A stretch of DNA of 64,000 nucleotides from Callorhinchus milii (Eukaryota), in contig NW_024704742.1 of NCBI RefSeq assembly GCF_018977255.1, positions 113,648,001 through 113,712,000 of the forward strand, given 5' to 3'. A program made the translations under genes and the position numbers. Below, one piece after another: positions 35,657 to 49,440 of the stretch. Numbering within the stretch: position 1 is the first letter of the stretch; each line of letters opens with the position of its first letter. A model generated the notes under the pieces. The model ran no database searches. It saw only the letters and a list, made by a program, of their open reading frames with translations, and was not told the DNA's origin.

Positions 35657-38600
35657 TCTGGGTAAAAGAAAATTTCTACCCTCAATTTTTCTTCTGGTGA
35701 TAAATGGGCTGAATAGCCTTCTTCCGTGTTGTAAATGTTTATGATTCTATGCCATATATGTTACCTCGCTGATCAGTGAAAATAAGCCCTATGTAGTTAC
35801 TCAAAACCTTTCAGTATTTTGATAGCCTCAGTTTACAAACAAAAGTAAACTGTGGATATCAGCAGTTAAAGTATCCAAATGTTGTGCTTACTGATATCAA
35901 TGTTCTCTCGGTAATTAAATAAACAAAGGATCTATCACTTGCCAAAACGCCAAGACTATTGATCTTTGCTTTCGATTGCGATGGACTATCCTATTACGAA
36001 CAAGGAACACTATGTTTTAGTGAACAGAGTATGTCAGACTCCACAGATGATCGGTGGAACAAAATGCCTTCACTGGTCACTTTCTTAGCTCTTATGCAGG
36101 AAATTTGTTCTGGGGTTCTGCAAGATTAAAATCAATTAAATTCTCACATATGACTAACCCTGACTGAAAGTACTCCTAAGGGCCAAAGAATCGAAGGACA
36201 CAGAGCTGCTGTAACTTCAATGGATTATGTGACTTGTAAACTAATAAAAACAGACCTTACAACAGTGAAAGGAAACAGAGTCACTGGACTGTGATGGAAA
36301 ATCCCACCCTGAATTACACTGTAATAAGGGCAAAAATCTAAAACTTCCTTTGCAAAAACTCTTGCTTTTGTAAGTTAGCTAATCACACTATTCTTGTAAA
36401 AGAACCCATTGTAATGGCTATCTTTTCATTTGGAATGTCACAGTGTCAAACCACCTTTCTCTGCAGCAAACAGGAACCCAAATCTCTATTATCGACTGAA
36501 GGCCCAGGTTCAAAAAAAAGATTTGATCAATTCTGTTCAGGGGCGAGAGTAGATGAAAACCTCACTAACAAGCAACGTGGTGACCCGAGCCAAGACATAG
36601 GTCACTCAATAGCTATGCTCTGACTTTATCTTGGCAACCGTGACATCCTGATTTTGAAAACACCCAGTGGGTCCCCAAAGTTAGTTAACCTAAGCACGCA
36701 TTAGCTCTGACCCTTACCACCACAGACCTGGTTCTCCTGGACTCTGAATGTGTGAATGAATATATTTTGCTGGAAATAAAATCATATTGCTACTTTGCAG
36801 AGTTCTGAAAAGCCAGATATGCAGCTGTGAGGTAACAAGTACTGTAACTAGTCAAAAATTCAGAAAGAAAAATTCTAAATGTATGAAACAAATGAATGAG
36901 GAAACATTACTCTTCCACTTAAATTAAAAGAAGATACAGGAAACCCCCTGCATCTTCCTTGTGAAAGCTTTATAGGCACACAATGTTAAATAAAATCCAG
37001 ATTTGTAAGAGATTAATAGAACACATGTGGGTGCGCACAGTTCTGGGCCGGAAAAGACTATTATTATCCATCTGGCTGGTCCCAATGTTTTAAAAAAACT
37101 TCACTTCTCTCTCTTCTCTCTCTCTCATTCCCCTCAATTGATTTGTTGACCAAGTAGCTATTAATGCCTCTTGAATTTTCTCTCAATCTCTAGTGACACT
37201 CCCCCCCCCCACCCCCACTTCGCACGGTTGTCATTCCGCTCTCCATGAAGAATGCGTAAAAACAAACAATTATACATTCTCTCATTTGAATGATTTACTC
37301 AGCATTTTATTATTACTCAAAACAGAGGGTATATAAACAGAATACTAAATAGAGGAAATGTGCATCACTGAATTTATCCACAAGTCTTCTTTCAACTGGA
37401 ATTTTGCATATTATTGAGCGTATAATACATACTTTCATATAAGTGTACAATACAATATATATACATCTGGTCCCTTTTCAAACAGCAGTCATATCTTCAA
37501 TAGCTGAAGATTGGCAGGATATTTTCTCACAAAAAAAGTAAAGAAAAGCCTTTGGTTAGAATCAGACTGAATAACAGACAGTATATTCTGAGGTTTAATG
37601 GTGACTGATTGGACTGGATTACAAAACAAATTGGACTTTGTGAAATGTTGTGAAGCAAACGTTGAGAGTCTGGCCTTTATGTTTTCCTTTAATTCCAGTT
37701 GGTGCCGTATAAGTCAATAACAGGGATTGGCGCTCTCCACACTGCACAGATGGAATGCATATGGGTGCCAGGTAGTGACATGTTAATTGCTTTTGGTCAC
37801 TCAAGGATTGACAGAGTGAACAAGAACGTAGTGTCATTCATACCATAAAGTTATTTCACTCTCCTTTAAAGTGCTAATAGAATAATTATGCCGCCGCAGG
37901 GCTGAAATACAACATCCTCACCTCCTTTGTTCTGGGATTTAAACATATAGGAAACATTCCGTTAAAACATTCACCAGCACATTTTCCTCAAATGGAGGAT
38001 TTCACAGGAAAGGTAGTTTAAAACAATTCAGCTGTCAGTCTGACTTCCTTTATTGCTACTTTTCTCCAAAGGGTTTCCCTCAGCCATAAAATGTCTACAT
38101 TTAAGGTACAGGCTGGATGCCTCTTTTACCGCTTTTTTATTGTGGGATTCTCTGAAGCTCCTCGGAAGCTCTCCATGCCTGTGGCTGCTTGCTGTGGGGA
38201 ATGGAACCATTTACACTACAAGGCAACATCCAGAGCACCAGAGGCAATGCAGAAACAAAGGTGACGGGAACTCCTGCAGGGGATGTGGCAGTGGTTTTAA
38301 AGTTACAAATTGTGGTTTTATTTTCAGTTCACAGTCTTCTGTGGGAAGGTTGGTAAGATTGTAAAAAAAACATGAGAAACATCAGCTTCCCCACAGTCAG
38401 AGCCAAATGGTGGTGAGTGCTGTGGGAGGTTTTTAATCTTGCTGCTGCTTCTTCACGAGAGGGGGAAAAAAACGCCTCCAGTGCTATTTTGCACCTCTGG
38501 TGGCAGCCAGGGTCCTTCGTAACTACATTTCAAAGTAAATGAATCACTTGTTCGCTAACAATTTAATTAGAACTATTTAACAGGCTCGCTCAATGGCCCA

Positions 38601-39017
38601 TTGAGTAAACAGTACCTACCGCCTAGCATAGCACACAGACCAGAAGGGAACAGGTTTGATTCCCCATTTGACCTTAGCCAGGGCAATAGTTGGGGTGCAA
38701 AAAGTCCTTTAATGCTTAATTCACAGAAGCTCCACGCTGTGTATGTCAGAGGCAATTGAACTAATCAAGTTTGAGAAAAACAATTAAGTCAAACACAAAT
38801 TCCTGTTCAGTCACTTCTATATTTGGGATAAAGTACACTAAAATTGCGAGGTTTGATGTACAACAGATGTACACTCACTGACTGCAGCTCTCTGAAACCA
38901 ACGTATACTGTTTCTCAAATTTCAAATGAATATTTGAAACATCTACTGTTTTTGTTTCCATGGGGATTATTTAAGTTACAATGAACACATAAAAATATTA
39001 TAGATATAAGTGTTAAA

Positions 39018-39433
39018 GTGTCACTGTGGCTCAGTTGGTAGCACTCTCACCTCTACGTAAGAAACCTGTGAGTTCAAGCCCACACATCAGGACTTTTAAT
39101 TCACTTAGTCCAGGCTGGTACTCCAATACAGTGCTGGGGGAGCGCTGCATTGTTGGAGGTGCTGGTTGGACGAGATGTTAAACCGAGGTCCCATCTGCCT
39201 GTTCAGTTAAAGGTCTCATGGCACTATTGGAAAAGAGAATGGAGTTTCTCCCGGTGTCTTGGCAATCCCCCAAATAAAATTGGTCAGTCACTTCATGGCA
39301 GATTGTGGGACATTGCTGTGTGCAAACTGGCTGCCAGATTCGCCTACAAAATACACAGTCACTGCACTTTTAATTCTGAGATTTGTTTTGAGATGTGCTG
39401 AGGTGCTATATTAACTGCAAGAGATATTATTAT
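39018..39433 (+). mobile_element. Full old SacSINE1-like Deu SINE
   Basis: Head GTGGCTCAGTTGGTAGCACTCTCACCTCT...GTTCAAGCCC; GAGATGTTAAACCGAGGTCCCATCTGCC; Deu core; tail. Confidence 0.88.
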
Positions 39434-39444
39434 TACATATATTA

Positions 39445-39780
39445 TTCTCACATTTAAATCCCTCCATGATCTCGTCCACTCTACCTCTGCAACCTCCTTC
39501 ATCCTTATCAACCTGACTGCTCCCTTTGTTTGGCTCACACTGGCCTAACTCCACGATTCCCCCACCATTGCTGGGTATGCTTTCAGCCACATGGCGCTCA
39601 CTCTCTGGAACTCCATTCCCAGGTGTCTCCGACTTGCTCCCTCCCTCTCCTCTTTTAAGGTACGTCTCAAAACGTAACTCTTTGTGCTTTCAGTCAACAA
39701 CCACTCGGCTCCCACCCTCAACTCTGAATCAGCAAGTGCTTTGGGATGCCTTTCTAATAAGTATAAACTGCATTGTATTG
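39445..39780 (+). mobile_element. Old L2 3' fragment
   Basis: AAATCCCTCCATGATCTCG..CTACCTCTGCAACCTCC..CTCTGGAACTCC. Confidence 0.75.
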
Positions 39781-40498
39781 CACATATTCCAATACTATTT
39801 GTTTCAATCAGATACTTATCCAGTTTTATTTTGTAAAGCAGCTAGCAATCCACATATAGTCTACTGTCAGAAAGTCATTTCTGCTAATCTCTTTTAAATT
39901 TTAAACCAATATCCTCTAACGCTGCTCTCAAGGTCTTAGTCAAAACCTCTTTTTACATCTATATCATCAATGGTTCTCATTGTTTAAAGACCTGAATCAT
40001 TTCCTCCCTCAAACTTCTTTTCCTCCAATGAAAACAAATTCAGACATAAAACTAATGGTATTGGGAAGGGGACAGGGTCACCAGCTTGAGCCAGCAGATG
40101 CAAAAGATAGAACTACACACAATAAATAGATATCTCTGAAATATTCACTGTACCACTGCAAGCTTCAGCTTACATCAGGCAAGTCAGCAAACCCTAACTT
40201 CGAAATAAAAATAGATGGCCCAAAATGGGTTTGAAGTGAATCTAACACAAAACATACTATGGTAAAAAAAAGCCCTCAATGTAGTCATATTTACTACCTG
40301 AACTACAAACTACAAACTCACTGTTTGATGATGAAAACTGCAATGAAATATCAATCACACATTACATAATCCTAACGAAAACAAGACACGGCTCTTCCCT
40401 TCCTTTTTTATGTGAAGAGTAACTCTGCGAGTACTCATGTTTGTTTTCCTGTAGATCAACTGCATGACTTTTTAAAAGTCATATATAAATGATCAATT

Positions 40499-40711
40499 AT
40501 AATAATAATCCCTCCAAAACAAAACAATAATAAATTGTTCATTTTCAATCCACGTCTGTTTGTGGGACACTGCTGTGCGCAATTGGCTGCCGCGTTTCGC
40601 CCACAAATATACGGTCAATTCACTTTACACTATTCTGTGAAGCGCTTTGAGACGTCTAGAAGACGTGAAAAGCACTATATCAAATGCAAGGATTATTATT
40701 ATTATTATATT
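40499..40711 (+). mobile_element. Young SINE, 3' two-thirds
   Basis: Deu core, ACGTCTAGAAGACGT hairpin and (TTA)n. Confidence 0.88.
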
Positions 40712-40994
40712 ACTGCGCTCCATAGAGCAGCCTGTATCATATCTAACACCTTCACAAAATGGCACAATAACAACAACCACAACAACTTGCATTTATATAG
40801 CGCCCTTCACTTGGGTCATGTCGCGGAGCCCTTGACTTGTTCGGCTCAGGTTGTATAAGCAGATCCAATGTTAGACAGTGACATTCTATTTTGCAGCCAC
40901 GGCTAAAAATGATTTTTAAGTGATTCTTAATCACCAAATAGGAACTGACGAAAATTCAACACTAATTCTATGGACTGAAAATATTTCCAAAAGA

Positions 40995-42235
40995 TCCCCT
41001 TGTCCCAGTGCTCGGCTCCAATGCTTGGATGTGAGTAGGGGGTTGGGTTTAGGGAGGGTGGAGGGCAGGGAGGGTAGGGGTAGGAACGTGACCCCTAGGC
41101 TCTGGAACTCCATCCCTCAGTGCCTTCGCCTTGCTTTCTCCCTTTCCTCCTTCAAGGCCAGTCTCAAGACCTTTCTCTTCAACCGTGCCTTCACCTCCCC
41201 TCTCGACTCTCTATCCCCTCCTCGCTCCTTCCCTTCTCTCACCCGGACCATTTCCCCCCTGCTCGGGTCCCGACCCAACTGTCCAGCGCCTTGGGACGTC
41301 CTCCCGACGTGAAAGGTGCTCTATAACTGCAATCTTGTTGTTGTTGTGACCGAAGGCGCAGTCGAAGAGGAGGGTCTTGAGACTTGCCTTGACTTGCTTC
41401 GGATTACTCATAATGCACTCCCCAACGGTCTCCCCAGCTCCACCATTCAAAAGATGCAGCTCATTGAAAACACTTCTGCCCGGATACTGACCCGGACCAA
41501 ATTCCGTACCCACATCTCACCAGTTCTGGCCGGACTCCACTGGCTCCCCTTCATCAAACGGATCGACTTCAAGATCCTCATACTTGTGTTCAAATCCAAT
41601 TACTCCCTGGCACCTCTCCGACCTCCTCACTCCCCAATCCACCACTCAGTGCCTCCGCTTAACTGGCACCAGCCTCCTGCTCATCCCTCGCACCCTCTGC
41701 CCCACCATCGGAGGTCGCGCTTTTAGCCCCAAGACTCTGGATCATTCTCCCTCAATCCCTCCGCCTTGCCCCCTTTCTCCTGTCCTTCAAGTCCCGCCGA
41801 AAACTTTCCTCTTTGACTGTGACTGTGCTTATGGCCACCTCCCCCACTCCCTGGCTCGGAGTCAGGCTCCACCATTGCTAAGCGCTCTGAGACACTATCC
41901 TGCGTAGAGGGCGCTATATAAGCGTAAGTTGTTTTTCTTGAAGGAGGCAAGGGAGGGAGCAAGACAAAGGACTGTAGGATGGAGTTCCAAAGGGCATGAG
42001 CTGAGAGGCTGAAGGCCCGAATGTCGATGGCAGGGAATGTGGAGCAGGCCAGAGCCTGCTTAGCAGAGGGAGCGGACAGGTTAATACGCGGTTAACAGGT
42101 CGCAGAGATCGGAAGGAGCCCGGACATGGAGGGCTTTGAAAGCGAGGACAAGGATTTTGAACTCTATCCTCTGGGGGATGGGGAGCCAGTGGAGCTGGAT
42201 GAGGGTGGGGGGTGACAGGGTCATGGAGCCTAGTG
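40995..42235. mobile_element. Pile of at least four L2 3' fragments in both orientations
   Basis: + 41090-41346 ending in (TTG)n; inverted piece 41347-41392; + 41390-41932 (LHWLPFIKRIDFKILILVFK); - 41935-42235 (LHWLPIPQRIEFKILVLAFKALH). Confidence 0.85.
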
Positions 42236-42607
42236 CAGGAGAGGACACAAGATTAAAAGAAAGATTAACGCCATAACCCTTGAAATGGTTGGATAATTTA
42301 ATCTTAAACGATATCTGAGGTAATGAATAGTTAAAAAAAGAAAACAATCCCATGGACATCTGATATAAATCTATGATGTACTTGAAACAAAGACTATGGA
42401 TAAAGAAAACAAATAAATGGAGATTATGTCTGAAGTAAGATAGTTTATTGAATGCTATCTCAGTCTTGCAGTTATGATGCTGCTGGTACTGTAGAGCCTA
42501 GTGAAACGACTATTTTGTGGATGTCTTCGTTTTTTACTGGTATCAAGGAGTTGCAAATTTACTTGAACATTATAGTTGGTGGGTCAGGATTTTAACATTG
42601 CTGAAAT

Positions 42608-42719
42608 GAGGGCTGAAATTGCTGTTCCATGCAGCGATACTGACAGTAACTTCTTCCGATGGGATTTCCCCCATTAGAATCACAAATCGTCAAAGATACC
42701 GACCAGAATTTCAGCCCTC
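42608..42719. mobile_element. ~112-bp MITE-like element with a perfect 13-bp TIR
   Basis: GAGGGCTGAAATT ... AATTTCAGCCCTC; centre GGGATTTCCCCCATT. Confidence 0.65.
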
Positions 42720-42934
42720 CGGTCAACAAAGTGCTCGGTAACATGGATATCACAGAGATATACTAATTGACTTAATTGAGAGCACTTTACACAAAACCTG
42801 CAATTGTTTGGGTGAAGACACCAGATTGGAGTTACTCAGCCCATAGCTACATATGGATTGTGAGGCTACTTTAGTTTAAGAATAAATCAGTCAGAGTCAT
42901 ACCAATGTAAATTTCACAATGATTCTAATTGTCT

Positions 42935-43165
42935 AATCCTTGCATTTAATATAGTGTCTTATCACATCATTGAGACGTCTCAAAGCGTTTCACAGAATTA
43001 AGCATACAAAGTGGAGCGACTGTGTATTTGTAGGTGACGCGGCAGCCAATTTGCACACAGCAAAACCCAAACCAATTTTACCTTTTAACTAAACAGGCAG
43101 ACAGGACCTTGGTTAATGCCTTATACAAAGGATGGCTCCAACACTTCATTGGAGTATCAACCTAG
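42935..43165 (-). mobile_element. Old Deu SINE with internal deletions
   Basis: Tail, GCGGCAGCCAATTTGCACACAGCAA, and AACAGGCAGACAGGACC. Confidence 0.7.
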
Positions 43166-43968
43166 ACGTTCAGCCAACCATTTATTATGGCTGTTAACTG
43201 GTTGTCAAGGAATCCCTTGACTGTAGTTTTAATGTTTTAATGAGAAAAGCAAACATACATGTGTCAGATCAAATAACAGAACAAATCTGACTGCTACGTG
43301 TAAAAATTAGCTATAAGATGTGAAAAATCCAGTTAAACAGCTCAAAGTCATAAAGCCAAAACTGTGCTTGGTTAGAGGAAAATTACTGCTGCTTCTAATA
43401 TATGTTTATGAGATTCAAGCCAGTCAGTCTGAGAAGTAACCACCATGTGCAGAAAGACTTAAAGATGATGAATGCTAAACTTTAAAACAGAGTTTTTATG
43501 AACTTAGAATCAATCCTTTTTTCTCGAATATATTTCCCAAATTGTAAATTTCCCCCCTTTTTAATTATATCTGTCAATATTAATGTGTAGTTGAACAGGG
43601 ACACTTTCCGTGGATGGATGCACCCTGCTCATCTAATTATGGATAGCATTGGGTAGAGGTTGTCGAGAACTAAGGCTTAGGGTCCCCAGAGAGTATTTTG
43701 AGATACTATTGGAGTCTAAACAGCTAAAACTGCATGGAGACAAATGAATGGCAATCGTCCCACTCCTTGACCTGCTAGGACCACCCCACCTATTAGAGCT
43801 TTGGCTTGCCGAATTAACAGGAGCTGTGTGGGAAGAATCCCTGAATTTAAGAATCTGCAATAGCCTCAGGTTCTGGTATTTTGCTAAACTAGATGGGCTG
43901 AACATCCCTTTCTTGTTCACATTGTATTGAAAGGACCTACTTGCTGACATTGCTATTTCTGACACTTT

Positions 43969-44088
43969 GTGCTGAAATTCCGGTTGGCATTACGTTGTAG
44001 CAACATTGATGACATTGGTTGCAAATGGGTTTTTCCCATTTTAATTGTGCATCATCCAAAGTCACTACACATTGGGAATTTAAGCCCT
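43969..44088. mobile_element. Second copy of the ~115-bp MITE-like family
   Basis: GTGCTGAAATTCC ... GGAATTTAAGCCC; centre GGGTTTTTCCCATT. Confidence 0.55.
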
Positions 44089-45584
44089 TGCATTTCTAAT
44101 AGTATATTCACAGTAAAAATTAATTAAAAAAAGAAAACGCACAAGAAAACTGTTTAAACATTTTAAGATGAATAGAATTTTTTTTGGAGGGTGGGGTCAG
44201 CCAGGCATCTGACCACATGCAGAAACACATTAACAGGTGAAGAAATCATCAAACCAAACTACTGGTATTCTGTGTGCACTCTCTCTCTGGATACCTAATC
44301 GATATACCTAATCTATGACACTTTTAAGTGTAGGTTGGGGATACCAGAGTGTGCATTGGCTACTGTTGGTGTTTAACCAGCTAATATCGGACAATTTGCC
44401 ATGGCATTACAACATTGTAACTTGCTTTACAAATACTGGTAAACTTCCCGCTGCTTGTCCAGCTAAGACCACCCTATCTGTTAGGGCTTTGGCTTGCAGG
44501 GTTAACAGGACTGAGTGGGAAGATTCCCAACCTTCGTGGCTGGTCTATTCCTCTAGGTCCCTCTAATGAGCCAGGCTGGCTTGTCCATCATAAATAATGC
44601 CTGGAAACAGGGATGGGAAGGATTGGGAATTTGTTGCATTACCCTCGTGGAGTCGTGATCAGAATAAGCATGAAACAACATAATATAATTCTGCAGGGAA
44701 CTACGGATGAATGAGAATAAATTTAGAAGTAAATACACTTTTGAATTTATTCTCAGATATTAATCTGAGAATAAATTGAGATGAATAAGAAAAAGTAGGA
44801 GTGCTACACAAATGTCAAAATAGCCCCATTTCATTCCCCCTTCCCTTTTACAATGATGAAAATATAGATACAGAGTAACATTGATAAGAGCAATCCCCAT
44901 TTCATTTGCATCCCGTACACTCCTTAATTCAACTGAAACTTCTCCAGTATAGTGTTTACTTGCAGGGTAAACAAGAGGGTTTTTCCTGCTTTTTTGGATC
45001 AACGCTATTTCCTGCTGCCTCCAGGGCTACTACCTGAGCCTGTGCTTTGGTAGAGTTCAAGTTTTCATATCGATATGACTTCCATTTAAATTTATATAAT
45101 ATAGTACTATTTATACAGTACGTTTCACATCAGGAGGATGTCCCTGAGTGCTCGGTGTTGACTTCCTACAGAGATCGGAGCAGATCTAGGGCCAGAAAAT
45201 AAAACTTGTAATTTAAAAATGCTGTACATATCTCCACGTGTATAATTATTTCCATGTTGCCGCTGCACTGTTAAAATCACATTAGAATATAAATAGGTTG
45301 CATTTTAGAGGCATCAGCATTGGATTTTACAGAGGTGCTTCTAGTTTAATCTGGGTCTTATTGCAGTTTCTGACAATCTGCTGTTACACTAATTCACAGT
45401 GAGTTTACACGAAAGGCTTAAAGACTATAACCTAATTATTCCAGGTTTATCAAGTCATAATTAACAGCTGCATATCAGGAAATAAGCGTTTAGTATATAT
45501 TATATCTTAAACATATAAAAGTTGACAAAATGATGGTCTGGTATCGACAATACAAAAGCAGAGTAAATAAAGGAATACAGCACG

Positions 45585-45940
45585 TCTGGATGGCTCAGTT
45601 GGTAAAGCTTTTGTTTAACTCATACAGACCCAAATGGTCCAAGTTCCTTGGTCTAACTGAGTTTGGACGACTAGGGAGGTAAACAAAACCAGCCAGGATT
45701 CCTGTTACTTATTGCTATCCAGTTCCTGTTGGAAAGGAAGCATGTTTGGATGCCAGGTGAGAACAGGATAAGGTTTGGATGCCAGGCCTCATGATTCAAT
45801 ATCCCACCAACATTTATCATTTAGGCTGACAGCAAAGAACGACCACATGAGTGAGAGGGCGATCAACAGCTGGCGATCATGAAACTAAACACCAGGATGT
45901 GTTAACACATTCATTAGTGTGGGAGAGAAAATTGGAGAGA
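45585..45940 (+). mobile_element. Ancient tRNA-type SINE (AmnSINE2-like by recall), near full length
   Basis: TGGATGGCTCAGTTGGTAAA A-box head, CATACAGACC, CTAGGGAGG..AACCAGCCAGGATTCCTG..TTGCTATCCAG, ending GAGAAAATTGG. Confidence 0.55.
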
Positions 45941-46879
45941 AATACAAGAACATGCCAATAGGTATGCAAATTTCAATTAACCAATGAATCAATTTCAAAT
46001 AAAATGATTTCAGTTACAAAAGTTGTAATGAGATAAATGAACATAAAAGCTCCCAAGTGGCTAAAAATACTCAGCCATAAACTGAGGTGGTCCACAAAGA
46101 AAGCATTTTTAGCTTGAATGTGGCTGCAATAACGCCAGTAGCTTATCTTCAGAAGTGTTGCTATTTTTAAAAAAATTGTTCCAAATCCTAAGTGGCATCT
46201 TCGCACACCAATACCCACTGTCTAAAACCTCTCCAACTGTACTGCTCCCACATGTTCAGACCATTAACAAATCACAAGGAAATATATCTTTGAGGAACTT
46301 AAGCATCATATAAAAGTTATTTAATAACAGAATCACTGTAAAAGGCTCATTTTATTTTTGGCAGTAAATGTCGAAATATATCAGAAAACGTTGGGGATAA
46401 AAAGCTTAAATGGTGGAGCCCTACTTATAAGTCACTGATAAACAACCTTTTTCTTAACCTACATGTGTCATAAACAGCCTACATGAACGTCATATTTTAC
46501 TAGCAGTTGTCTGCAGGCTGTCTGTGATACAGACAATATATATTGACTTACTGATTTCTGGTCTGCTCCAGGAGGGCTGTCATCTGGAGGGGAAAACAAC
46601 TTCTAAAGAAGATAGCTATCTTTAGAAGACACCTAATTCCATCCAAAGAAAAGTCTGGTACATTTTTGATAGCATCAAATAAATATGCGTTGTCTAAAGA
46701 TAGAGGGCAGTGAGGCTTCATCCACCACAGATGTAAACACCAAAAAAAATTGTATCAGAACAAGGAAAAATTTCCTACTGATCATTTTAAATTTAGTCAG
46801 CTGGCTTTAATACTCTTTTTAAACAAAATGTCAACTGTCAGGTTGCTGTTATTGTCGTTTTCTGTGCATAGGAGCCTGC

Positions 46880-47161
46880 AGGATGGTCTGGCCTCCTCCT
46901 TGTCCCTTGTCTTTTCCGCTCCACCATCGGTGACTGCGCTTTAAGCCACTACGCCTCAAAGCTTTGGAACTTTCTTCCCCAAACCCTCCACCTTGCTCCC
47001 TCCTTCCCCTCTTTTAGATCACGACCAAAGACCTACCTTTTCAACTGTGCTCACGGTCATCTCCTCCCTCCCACTCTCTGGCTCGGCGTCCGGCTCTGCC
47101 ATTGTTAAGCCTTCTGATACGCTGCCCCACGTGAAGGGCGCTATATTAATGCAAGTTGTTG
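46880..47161 (+). mobile_element. L2 3' fragment of a second family (GAAGGGCGCT tail)
   Basis: CCACCATCGGTG..TTTGGAACT..CACGTGAAGGGCGCTATATTAATGCAAGTTGTTG. Confidence 0.78.
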
Positions 47162-47874
47162 AAGTGACATAAGCAGGGAACTGACAACTCAGAAATCGGC
47201 CATTTTGTAGCGTGGGAAGCCAGCTAATCGTCAGAAGCCTGGTGTACTGTGCTTCCAGTTAATGTGGTACCATAGGACACCAGCGCTATAAGTCAGGTGT
47301 TGATACGGGTGGTATTGTAACGAAGTTCCCCTGTATTTTCTGTCAGAGCCAGTTATTGCTACAGATTCATTAGTAATTTAGGTAAGACATTGATCAAAAG
47401 TGTTGATGTGAGGTTGGAGACAAGTGAGTTACTGAGCTGTAACTGGGCTGTAGAAGAATAAGGGCACTCAGATTCTGTGCAGGTGCAAGTACTTAAACAG
47501 AAGACCTCTGATATTTAAAATATGGGATACAGGTCCATCAAAATCACCAGTCTGAGTAAAATGCTGCCCTGGGGCATGGAACAACCTCAGACTGTAAATG
47601 GGATAATAAGCTCTCCATGCTCACTAAAATTCTTTTAACTGCCCTTTACCGAGCTCCACTGTATTATGTTACTAATCATTGCAATTCATCGGTTCATTTT
47701 TTCATTTGAATTACTCATTATTATCACAAGGACTGGCCAAAAAAGATTTTAAAAAACTGTGTGTGGGGGGATGGGGGGAAAAGCATCCAAACAAAAAGTT
47801 ACAGGACCAATTTACAAATTAATAATTTCTAGAGATCATAAACCCTTTTTCATGGCCATTATTAAAATAATAAG

Positions 47875-48110
47875 CCCTATATTTTTTAAAGTTGCTTTCA
47901 CGTCAGGAGGATGATCCAAAGTGCTTCAAAGGATACACTCTAAAGTGGAGTGACTGTGTGTTTTGTGGGCGAATACAGCAGCCAGTTGCTCACAGCAATG
48001 TCCCACAAACAGCCATGGAGTGAATGATTAATTTTATTTGAGTTATTGTTGGCCAGGATACTGGGAGAAACTCCCTTCACTTTTCAAAAAGTGCCATGGG
48101 ATCTTTAACA
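47875..48110 (-). mobile_element. Old SacSINE1-like SINE, 3' half
   Basis: Deu core and GTGCCATGGGATCTTTAAC. Confidence 0.8.
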
Positions 48111-49204
48111 TATACATACACACCTATACACGCTTAGCTGTAACCAAGACACAAAGGTAATAAACATCACATCACTGAATCATGAGTTGACAGATTATTG
48201 GAGTATCAATCCTTTTATCCCATAAAATAATAACTTTTTAAAATTATTCAAATTTTCTTTGCACAACCAGCAAATGTTATGGTAACAGTGTTTCCTGTAG
48301 GTTTTTTGAAGACTGTGCAGATTTACGGAGTTCTACCTGACAAAGACGATAAATGCATTTTCATTCAGTTGGTCTTCAGTCTTTGGAAAGAACAGCAGGG
48401 GCAACGAACATTACCAGAAAGACTGGCAATCTGCCCAAAGCAATGATCTGCCAAAACACTAATGGCTTTAGAGACATAATGAAAAGTACTTTAAACACCA
48501 CTGTCAATCAACAACAATCTTAAACTCATATTTAAAGCTCTATTTAATGTACCCCCACCAAATACACAAACATGTTGTTTTCCATGTTATAACTTCATTA
48601 AGTTCAGGTGGATGTCACAAACTGGGGAAGAAAGAAATCTATCCTGATGTCCTGGCTGAATGAATTGATCATTCATCTCAGTGCTATTTGTAGAATGTTG
48701 TTGTTGCATTTGCTCACAGAATAAAAAAGTCACTATACGTCACATCAAAGTAACTCAGTAGAGTCAAAAAGACAAAACAGTGCAAAAACAGTACATTTTC
48801 TCTTGGGATACCCATTGATCATGAGACTTGGACTTTGGGAAGAGTTTTGCCGACCAAAAACAGTCACTCCACTTTACAGTATATCTTGTGAAGCACTTTG
48901 AGATAGCCTCCCAACGTAAAAGAAGCTATATCAACTGTAAGAATTATTATAATTATTATCATCAGCTCAGTTTGGAGCCAACATCTCACAGATTGGCTTC
49001 ATTTACACAGGATTTCCTGGAGAAAACTCCTTCTTTGGCAACTATGTCATTTGCTGCTATTTCAACTTCATTGTGTAAAGTGTTTGGAGTTGTTTCAGAG
49101 TGGTAAGGCTCACATGAAATCAAAGTTTTATTATTCATAAGAAGTATCACTGTATCAGGAGCCTTTGTAATAACTATTTATATTTTAAATGAATATTTAA
49201 GTAT

Positions 49205-49440
49205 CACATCCCCCGCTGTATCCACCCTACCATCGGCAGGCGAGATTTCCATCATTCTGCCCCACTCTTTGGAACTCCATCCTGATATCCCTCCAACCCA
49301 GCCTCCCTCCTCCCCTCTTTCAAAGCCAGCCTCTTTGATAGTACTTTCAGACATCTTTCCCTGGCCATCAGTGTAATCCTTTTTGAGACGTTCTCCCAAC
49401 ATGAAAAGCACTATATGAACGTAAATTTGCATTGTACTGT
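49205..49440 (+). mobile_element. Old L2 3' fragment
   Basis: CCATCGGCAGGCGAG..TTTGGAACTCCAT..GAGACGTTCTCCCAACATGAAAAGCAC. Confidence 0.7.
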
